NCBI GenBank assembly: GCA_964585685.1
Contig: CAZPEP010000039.1
Location: 21,043 to 85,042 of the forward strand
Length of the DNA stretch: 64,000 nucleotides
Direction of reading: 5' to 3'
Source of the DNA: an uncultured Eubacteriales bacterium
GTDB lineage: Bacteria > Acidobacteriota > Aminicenantia > Aminicenantales > Saccharicenantaceae
The position numbers and the translations under genes are program-made. A model generated the notes under the pieces. The model ran no database searches, had not been told where the DNA came from, and saw only the letters and a list, made by a program, of their open reading frames with translations. Shown piece by piece: positions 37,376 to 45,070 of the stretch. Each line of letters opens with the position of its first letter. The stretch's first letter is position 1.

Positions 37376-37779
37376 ATCATATCCTCTTGATGCTTGCTAA
37401 TAATAAACGCATTGCAATATTATATGTATATCTGAAAACGCAATACCTAATATTATAGTCTAATTCAAATATATTATGCTCTCTTTTAGTTGGTTAATTA
37501 TGGCTGATTTCCATTCGCCGGGGGGGCATGGAAGTTGGAGTGCCCCTTGGCGAAATACCCAAGGGTTCGGAGCTTATCGCCGGGCTTGAATCGGCAAACG
37601 CGTTTCATCGCGATCGAGGAAGGCCTCGTCCGCGCTTCTTTTCCGGCCCTCCGCAAACGGCAACAACGCATACGGGATGGAAGAGAACCCGATAATTCAA
37701 CGCTGAGTCAATAATAATAGATATTATTACATCAGAAATGAAAGAAAAGGATAGTAATACAAATAAACGCAGATAAATC

Positions 37780-37808
37780 TTGACAATAGAAATTGTTCCT
37801 CTTATTCT
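37780..37808 (+). promoter_or_regulatory. Sigma70 promoter of TonB-dependent receptor 1
   Basis: TTGACA-N17-TATTCT in an AT-rich intergenic region. Confidence 0.65.
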
Positions 37809-37922
37809 GCTAATGGAAAGAGATGATAAATGATAAGGGGCGGAGATCCGGAAAAGGCCCCCTCTTTAATAGGAATCAAGGCATCAGTGATTCATAAAAG
37901 GATTATTTTGAGGGAGGCCTAA

Positions 37923-40688
37923 GTGAAAAAGCAAGGGATATTGGCTTTTTTCTGCTTTTTTCTAGCAACGAGCTTCATGGCTCAAGCCCAAACGACTGAA
38001 ATCGTCGGGAAAGTGAAATCGACAGAAGGAGAGGCGCTTCCGGGCGCCGAAGTCACGCTGACGTCTCCAAACCTCATCGGGGGCACTCAGAGTCGAATAG
38101 CGGACACGGAGGGGAAATACAGATTCGTCGCACTTCTGTCGGGCACCTATGAAGTCGAGGCGAAGCTCACGGGATTCAGTCCTCAGAAACATTCGGACAT
38201 CCGCCTGAGTCAGGGAAGGACCCTGACCGTGGACCTGATCCTTGAAGTCGGCACGCTCAATTCCGAGGTCACGATCGTCGCCGAAGCTCCGATCATCGAT
38301 ATTAAGGATTCACAAACGGTAACAACGACTTTAAAAACCGAATTTATCGATAAGCTCCCGAACAGGGATATCAACGGAGCGTTGGGTATGACGCCAGGGG
38401 TTTCCAACCGGTCCTCATTTGGTTCTGCCGCAAGCAATGCCAACAATTATCTGGTCAACGGCGTCAAGGTCAATGATCCGGAAGCCGGCGAAATGGGGAT
38501 GAGCCCGGACTACGATTCCATCGAGGAGATCAGCGTGGGGGGAGTCGGGGCTCCCGCAGAATATGACGGATACAGCGGCGCGGTGATCAACACGGTGATG
38601 AAATCGGGCGGCAACAATTTCAGCGCCCTATTCACCTTTTTCATGCGGGCGCCCGGTTTGCACAGCAATAACTGGGAGGATTATCCCTATCTGGTCAGAA
38701 AGAACTGGAGCGAAGCCTACGAGGTGAATTTCAATCTGGGCGGGGCGATCATCAAAGATAGGCTCTGGTTTTTCACGAGCGGAAAATACAACTACAGCAA
38801 AGCACACGTGGATGGTTTTAAGGGGCTTACGGAATCGGAGAACGGGCAGAGAGTCTCGGGAAAACTGACTTGGCAGGCAAGCAAGAGCGCCAGATTCTCG
38901 GTATGGGCCGGCGTCCAACCCAGCGTCATAGATAATTATGGGACGGACCCTCTCTGGGCGCCCGAGGCCAACACGAACGAAAAGCACCTGGATTACTATT
39001 TCAATTCCAATAATCTGCACACGCTTTCCGATTCTACGTTCCTTGAATGGAAAGTCGGAGGATTCCGCCTCAAAGGGCAAAATGGCGTCCAGAGAGATGG
39101 CCCCCCCGCACATTTCGATCTGGCCACAGAAGAACTGTCCGGAAGCTATCCGTCAACCTACTATCGTACGAGTCTCCGCGTTCAAACCGGCGTAACCTTG
39201 ACCCATCACGCCGAGGATTTCATAAAAGGCGATCATGATTTCAAGTTCGGAGCGGAAGCCGAAATATCCAATGTCAATATCTCGTACAATTTTCCCAGCA
39301 ACAAGTATTATCTTGATTACAGCGGAGAGAACTACCTTCTGGACGAATGGGATGGAGAGGCGGGGAATCCCAAATCCCGAACGCTCTCGGCCTTTGTCCA
39401 GGACAGCTGGACGATCACTGACCGATTGGTCATCAATCCGGGCCTGAGGATCAATTATTGGAGAGGGTATGTTCCCGGAATCAACGGTCCCGCCTTTTCT
39501 CCCAAAACGGGCATCGCACCCCGTTTTGGAATAACCTACGATGTGTTCGGAGACAACTCGACAGCCCTAAAAGCCCACTACGGCAAGTATTATCACGGGA
39601 TCATGGGGCAATTCTATTTCCGTCTGCAGCCCCAGGGAGGATTTAGGGAATATGTCTGGGGGCCGATCTACGACGAGTGGAATGAGCTCCCGCCGGGAAC
39701 CCATGGTGAAGAATGGGTGTTGGATTTTGAAAACATATGGAAGAACGAATATACGGTTGACCCGAACCTGAAGATGCCCTATATGAACCAGTACGTCCTG
39801 GGCATTGAAAGGGAGCTCGGGAAGAACGTCTCTGCAGGTGTTAGTTTCATCTACAGGACCAATCATGATTTCCAGGACAGGGTGAACATCACGGGGCAGT
39901 GGGAACAGACAACTTGGACCTGTGACCTTGACGGCCCCAATTTCGGGAAAACATACACCGTTTTCAGGAGACTCAATCCCGGTGAGAATCAATACTATCT
40001 CACGAACCCCAAAGCGGGCAATGATTACGGAGCGGCATTCCCGGGGATTGTCGCGTTTACTCCTTCCCGCAAGTATCGGGGCCTTCAATTCACCTTTGAA
40101 AAAAGATGGTCGAACAGATGGATGCTGAACGCGTCTTACGTGTGGAGCCGATCGTGGGGCACGGACGACAATGCCTGGGGCGAATGGGGAGAGAACAGGG
40201 GTTCGATGCTCGGCTCTTCAACCCTGTTTTCCAATCCCAATTATCAGATCAATGCCGAAGGGCCCCTCAGCATCGACCCCTCCCACCAGGTGAAGATCTT
40301 CGGGGCCGTGGATATCCCCGTCATCGATGTCACGCTCGGCCTATCCTATGGCTTCACCTCCGGCAATCCTTACAATTCCAATGTGGCCCTGCCCAGGGAA
40401 ATCGATCCGGATTCGATCAATGGGGAGGATTGGGTCTTTATCTATGGAGAACAGCGGGGCCGATACCGCTATCCCGCGATCCACAACATCGATTTAAGGC
40501 TTGAAAAATTCATCAAGTTCGGAAACATCAGGGTCGCGGCGCTAGCCGATGTCTTTAATGCCCTTAACAGCAATGCGGTAACGGATTATCGAAGAGATAT
40601 CAGGCCGGGAACGAGCTACCCGTTCGGATATGTCTGGCGCATTAGCAGCCCGAGAACCTTCAGGCTTGGATTCAGATTCGAATTCTAG
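37923..40688 (+). CDS. TonB-dependent receptor with an N-terminal carboxypeptidase-regulatory-like domain
   Basis: Signal peptide; LPGAEVTL...GKYRF, plug NNYLVNGV...SIEEISV...PAEY, FVQDSWT, C-terminal RLGFRFEF. Confidence 0.92.
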   Translation: MKKQGILAFFCFFLATSFMAQAQTTEIVGKVKSTEGEALPGAEVTLTSPNLIGGTQSRIADTEGKYRFVALLSGTYEVEAKLTGFSPQKHSDIRLSQGRTLTVDLILEVGTLNSEVTIVAEAPIIDIKDSQTVTTTLKTEFIDKLPNRDINGALGMTPGVSNRSSFGSAASNANNYLVNGVKVNDPEAGEMGMSPDYDSIEEISVGGVGAPAEYDGYSGAVINTVMKSGGNNFSALFTFFMRAPGLHSNNWEDYPYLVRKNWSEAYEVNFNLGGAIIKDRLWFFTSGKYNYSKAHVDGFKGLTESENGQRVSGKLTWQASKSARFSVWAGVQPSVIDNYGTDPLWAPEANTNEKHLDYYFNSNNLHTLSDSTFLEWKVGGFRLKGQNGVQRDGPPAHFDLATEELSGSYPSTYYRTSLRVQTGVTLTHHAEDFIKGDHDFKFGAEAEISNVNISYNFPSNKYYLDYSGENYLLDEWDGEAGNPKSRTLSAFVQDSWTITDRLVINPGLRINYWRGYVPGINGPAFSPKTGIAPRFGITYDVFGDNSTALKAHYGKYYHGIMGQFYFRLQPQGGFREYVWGPIYDEWNELPPGTHGEEWVLDFENIWKNEYTVDPNLKMPYMNQYVLGIERELGKNVSAGVSFIYRTNHDFQDRVNITGQWEQTTWTCDLDGPNFGKTYTVFRRLNPGENQYYLTNPKAGNDYGAAFPGIVAFTPSRKYRGLQFTFEKRWSNRWMLNASYVWSRSWGTDDNAWGEWGENRGSMLGSSTLFSNPNYQINAEGPLSIDPSHQVKIFGAVDIPVIDVTLGLSYGFTSGNPYNSNVALPREIDPDSINGEDWVFIYGEQRGRYRYPAIHNIDLRLEKFIKFGNIRVAALADVFNALNSNAVTDYRRDIRPGTSYPFGYVWRISSPRTFRLGFRFEF

Positions 40689-40713
40689 GCGCGGAGCCGC
40701 ACAGCTGGAAAAG

Positions 40714-40737
40714 AGGGGAGGGAATTTCCCCTCCCCT
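40714..40737. terminator. Hairpin between convergent TBDR and sulfatase genes
   Basis: AGGGGAGGG-AATTTC-CCCTCCCCT. Confidence 0.55.
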
Positions 40738-40739
40738 GC

Positions 40740-42941
40740 TCACCGACACTTGAAAATGAGCTCATCCAGCTGTTGCCTTTCTCCCGGAGGCAATACCGCA
40801 TAACAGTAGACTTTATATCTCTGAAGATAATCGAGAGCCTGGGTTTTTTCCCCCCGCTGGAGATAGGCCAATCCCAGATTATAGAGGGCGAAACCATAGT
40901 CCGCCTTCAGTTCGACGGCCCTTTTCCAGTTCGCCATCGCCCCGTCCATATCACCGGCCATCTTCAGGGCGATTCCGAGGCCGTTGTATGCGGATTCATG
41001 TTTCGGATCGAGACCAATAGCTTCTCTGAATAATCCAGCGGCCTTTTGGTGAGCTTCCTGCTCCTTGGTCTTGAGATAAATCGAAAGATATAGAGATCCA
41101 AGGTTAGTCATAACCGTCGGATAGTTGCGGTCGAGGGACAGCGCATGTTCGAACGCTTTGAGAGCCTCCTTAAAGTTGCCTCTGTTCCAATAAGCGACCC
41201 CCAGACAGTTCCAGAGCTCCGGATCAAAGTCAATAATCGTCAATCCCTGCTTCAGAATATCGATCGCCCGTTCCGGGGCCCCCGCTTCGGCCAGAAAGAG
41301 GCCGTAGGTGATGATGATCTTGTAATTTCCGGGGCAATTCCGATAGCCTTCCTCGAGAACGTCGAGGGCTTCTTTGAGGTTCCGCCGTTCTTTGTAAAGC
41401 GTCGCGAGATAGGTGTAGGCCTGATCGAAGTCCCTTCTCTTGGCTATGATCCCTCTGAGAAGTTCCGCCCCCTTGTCGACATCTCCTTTTTGACAGGCCG
41501 CCATCGCCTCCTGAAGCTGGGTCTGATATGGGAGGAGGACTTTGAGGTCGTCCTGTGACGTAAACGTCCTTTTTCGCGGCGAATGAGGGCTGGAAACATA
41601 ACCCAGGCTTCTCAGGTTTTCCCTCGTCTGCCGACCGGCATTTTGTTCGGCGGCACCCGGACCGGCGTATGCTTGTTTCTCCATCAGGGCCGCAAGCGTC
41701 GTTCTGTAGGTCTCGAGGGAGGCCGAATCGGCGAGGTTCTTGAGCTCGTTATAATCTTCGTGCAGGTCGTACAGTTCGGGGATGGGGGAATCCATGAATT
41801 TGATGTCGTTCTGAATGAATCCTCTCAAGGGCGCCCAGCCTCGGCTGTAGAAGGGGTAGAGCGATTCAAAATAGATCTGTCTTTCAGGGGTCTTCCGGCC
41901 CTTCATCACCGGCAGGAGAGAATAACCCTGGAGATGAGCGGGCTTCTCGATCTCCAGAGCTTCGCACACAGTGGGGAAAATATCGATGTGGGAGACGGAG
42001 GCATCGATATTCGCCGGCCCTATTCCGGGAGAATCAATGATGAGAGGAATTCCAATGGTGCTGTTGTAAGCAAAATATCCGTGGGTGGATTCCCCATGTT
42101 GACCCAGGGACTCCCCGTGATCACCGGTGAAGACGATCAGGGTTTGTTCCTCGAGCCCGTGGATGCGGAGATAATCCAGCAGCCGGCCGAGAGCATCGTC
42201 CACATAGGCCACCTCACCGTCATAGGGGGCGTCCTTGTATTCCGTTTTGAAAGGTTCGGGGGGATTATACCGCTGATGCGGATCGAAGCAGTGCACCCAG
42301 AGAAACCAGGGCCCGTTTTGGCCGTCCACCCATTTCAGCGCTTTCTGGACGACCGCTTCGGCCTTCCTCTCTACGTAGGAGAACTCCTGAGAGTCGTTCG
42401 TCCCATAATTGTCGTCATAGACATCGAATCCCTGGGTGAGACCGAACCGGGAATCGAGCGGAAAAGCTCCGACAAAAGCCCCGCTGGCGTAGCCGTTGTT
42501 TTGGAGATGCTCGGCGAGGGTCAGGAACTCCTCGCGGACCATGAAGTTCTGATTGTCATGGACTCCGTGAAAAACGGGTGTTGTTCCCAGAAGAATACTG
42601 GCATGGGAGGCGAGGGTCGTCGTGGCATGGGCGAACGCCCTCCGGAAAAAGGCTCCCCGCCTGGCCAAGCTGTCGATATTGGGCGTCTTGACGCGGTCGT
42701 TTCCATAACAGCCGAGCCGGTCCGCCCGCAGGGTATCCACGGTGATGAGGAGGACGTTGAGCCTTCTTTGCCCTGTCCCGCCTTCTCCCGGCTGGGTCGT
42801 GGAGAACAAGGAAAGGAAGAAAAGCAGGGTGAACACGGAGATCGCCGAAAAGGACCGCTTTATAGGAGGGCCGGATCTTCCGTGAAGGCCCGATTTAATG
42901 AATCCGGATCGCTCGCCCAATCGGCCGCCGTTAGGAATCAT
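40740..42941 (-). CDS. Sulfatase/alkaline-phosphatase-superfamily hydrolase with C-terminal TPR repeats
   Basis: LLITVDTLRAD, TLASH, WVHCFDPH, GDHGESLGQHGE; multiple TPRs; start uncertain (42941-43043). Confidence 0.88.
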   Translation of the reverse strand: MIPNGGRLGERSGFIKSGLHGRSGPPIKRSFSAISVFTLLFFLSLFSTTQPGEGGTGQRRLNVLLITVDTLRADRLGCYGNDRVKTPNIDSLARRGAFFRRAFAHATTTLASHASILLGTTPVFHGVHDNQNFMVREEFLTLAEHLQNNGYASGAFVGAFPLDSRFGLTQGFDVYDDNYGTNDSQEFSYVERKAEAVVQKALKWVDGQNGPWFLWVHCFDPHQRYNPPEPFKTEYKDAPYDGEVAYVDDALGRLLDYLRIHGLEEQTLIVFTGDHGESLGQHGESTHGYFAYNSTIGIPLIIDSPGIGPANIDASVSHIDIFPTVCEALEIEKPAHLQGYSLLPVMKGRKTPERQIYFESLYPFYSRGWAPLRGFIQNDIKFMDSPIPELYDLHEDYNELKNLADSASLETYRTTLAALMEKQAYAGPGAAEQNAGRQTRENLRSLGYVSSPHSPRKRTFTSQDDLKVLLPYQTQLQEAMAACQKGDVDKGAELLRGIIAKRRDFDQAYTYLATLYKERRNLKEALDVLEEGYRNCPGNYKIIITYGLFLAEAGAPERAIDILKQGLTIIDFDPELWNCLGVAYWNRGNFKEALKAFEHALSLDRNYPTVMTNLGSLYLSIYLKTKEQEAHQKAAGLFREAIGLDPKHESAYNGLGIALKMAGDMDGAMANWKRAVELKADYGFALYNLGLAYLQRGEKTQALDYLQRYKVYCYAVLPPGERQQLDELIFKCR

Positions 42942-43069
42942 CGGAGCGAAGTATATCATAGCCCTCTCCCGGTGCCGTGCGGCCATTTCCGGCAGCTTGA
43001 GTTCCTGATGAAATATCTTTAAGATGGCGGGCCGAATCCGCACGCGCGTCGCTATCCCGGGTCCTCGCT

Positions 43070-45028
43070 TTAATAGCCGGGGGACCAGTTGGGACTTGAT
43101 CCTTCTGCGATCTTCTTCAATCCCGAGCCATCAAGATGGACGACATAGATAGAAGGCGGATGCCCTTCATCGCCAGAAACAAACACAACACGCGATCCAT
43201 CCGGCGAGAAGGAAGGGAAGGAGTCCCCAATAGCCAAGTTTTGGGTGAGCCGTCTCTTGTGGCTCCCATCAGCATTCATCACCCAGAGGTCCTTATCTCG
43301 TTCAATGCCGTGTGACCACGCGATCATCGAGCCATCTCGTGAAAAGCAAGGCCACTCGTCGAGCTGTTCGTTGTCCGTCAGCCGCTTCAGATTCTCCCCG
43401 CTGTCGGCACGGATCGTATAGATTTCCGGATTTCCGTCTCTCCCTGACTCAAAAACAAGCAGGGGTTCGACGGGAGACCAACTCTGGTATCCTCCGTGTA
43501 TGCCATTTCCCGCGACGGCTTTTGGATTGGCACCGTCGATATCTATTATTTCAATGGAACGGCCCTCTTTTCCTTCCGCCGTATAGGCGATCTTCCTGCC
43601 GTCGTGTGACCAGCATGGAGTATCCGGGAACCCAGCACCGGTGCCGACCTTTCTTAGGTTTATGCCCCCACGATCGATGAGGTACAACCCCCGGGTGCTC
43701 CCGTCATAAGAAACGAACATAATACTCTTGCCGTCGGGCGACCAGCTGGGCCATTCCACGGAAAACGCCAGATCGGCCAGCCGCCTTTTTCCGGAGCCGT
43801 CTTCGTCCATGCTGAAGAGCTCTCTGCGGTTCCCGGAGGCGGCAAGGTAGATGATCTTGGATGTCTTCAGGCCCCAACCCATCTCCCCAAAAAACTCTTC
43901 GCGGGTGGGGAACAGAAAGGAGACGATCTCATATAGCTCGGGATCGTACTTCTTGAGATTGTCGGCTGTCATCAGCACGTCGTTGTTGATGCTCAACCGG
44001 TATGCCGGCTGCATCGGGTTGCCGTTTTCATCCTGCAAACGGCCCTTGGAAAGCTTGTTTTGAAACACCCCGTAGTAGATATCCAAACCGATAGCAAGAT
44101 ATTCATAGCTGAATGAATCGGCCGGCAATCCATCCCAAGGGCGGAATAATTTCCGGTCTATGGCGTCTTGTGTCGCCTTTTCCAGGCGCTTCTGAACCTC
44201 CGGGTAGGCTTCCATGATTCCCCCTTCATGGACCACATGGGTGATCTCCTCAACGGACGCATCCCGGCGCAGGTTGGCCGGCCCGCCCAGACGCAAGTAA
44301 TCCGGGATGATCTCTTCGTCCTCCAGATCCTGATCCCTCATTCCCAGGCTCCTGCTGTGCATGAAGAAACCGATGGACGTGTTGCGCTCCTCATAGGTTT
44401 TGAACAGGGTCATGACCCATTTATCCCGTTTGAGGTTAAGCGTGATCTTGCCCGATCCTTTCCTATCTTTGGAGAGAAGGGCCTCGGCCACCTTGGCCGC
44501 ATACTCGATCTTCTTGGGATCGACACCCGCAGTGGCATAGAAGCTCATCCCCGACCCCTCGATCCGTTGCGTGAAAATATCCAAGGCGTGTTCCCTTCGC
44601 GGCGTCTCTTCCAACGCCACGATGATCAGGACTTGTTCCATGAATCCATCCTCGTTGGCAGCCCTGACTTCAGCGTAATAGTGGGCCGGGCAGCTGGCCG
44701 GCCGCGCTTTGAGCCGGACCTCGGCCGTACGGGGGTCGATCTCCACGATCGCTGTCGCATCCATCTGGCCTTCTTTCAAATAGTTCCTCCGGTCCCCCCC
44801 GGGGACAGGAGGAACTAGGCTCCACGCGACCTTCTTGCTGTTGGGAAAAACAAGGTTGATCCGGCCGATCGCGTCGCCGATTTGTGTCGCTTTCGTCACC
44901 AGGAAGAGGTCGAATTCGTCGGTGACCACGGGAGGATCGAACTTCTTTTTCCCCGCACAGCCGCTCAAGACAACGAGCAGGCCCAACCCCAATAGACAGC
45001 AAAAGATCAATAGGAATAATCTTTTCAC
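43070..45028 (-). CDS. Lipoprotein: cadherin-like domain, EExxH domain and TolB/PD40 beta-propeller (paralog 4)
   Basis: Lipobox LSGC; DASVEEITHVVHEGG...YEYLA; repeated PSWSPDGK/PCWSHDG/PSFSPDG. Confidence 0.8.
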   Translation of the reverse strand: MKRLFLLIFCCLLGLGLLVVLSGCAGKKKFDPPVVTDEFDLFLVTKATQIGDAIGRINLVFPNSKKVAWSLVPPVPGGDRRNYLKEGQMDATAIVEIDPRTAEVRLKARPASCPAHYYAEVRAANEDGFMEQVLIIVALEETPRREHALDIFTQRIEGSGMSFYATAGVDPKKIEYAAKVAEALLSKDRKGSGKITLNLKRDKWVMTLFKTYEERNTSIGFFMHSRSLGMRDQDLEDEEIIPDYLRLGGPANLRRDASVEEITHVVHEGGIMEAYPEVQKRLEKATQDAIDRKLFRPWDGLPADSFSYEYLAIGLDIYYGVFQNKLSKGRLQDENGNPMQPAYRLSINNDVLMTADNLKKYDPELYEIVSFLFPTREEFFGEMGWGLKTSKIIYLAASGNRRELFSMDEDGSGKRRLADLAFSVEWPSWSPDGKSIMFVSYDGSTRGLYLIDRGGINLRKVGTGAGFPDTPCWSHDGRKIAYTAEGKEGRSIEIIDIDGANPKAVAGNGIHGGYQSWSPVEPLLVFESGRDGNPEIYTIRADSGENLKRLTDNEQLDEWPCFSRDGSMIAWSHGIERDKDLWVMNADGSHKRRLTQNLAIGDSFPSFSPDGSRVVFVSGDEGHPPSIYVVHLDGSGLKKIAEGSSPNWSPGY

Positions 45029-45070
45029 GCCGGACCTCCCGAACGAACAGAGCTTTCCTTTACCCGCCCG

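Noticed and set aside
37500-37922. Cobalamin or c-di-GMP riboswitch before TBDR 1
   Set aside because: There is no B12 box and no GNRA/receptor arrangement; GGCAAAC alone is insufficient.
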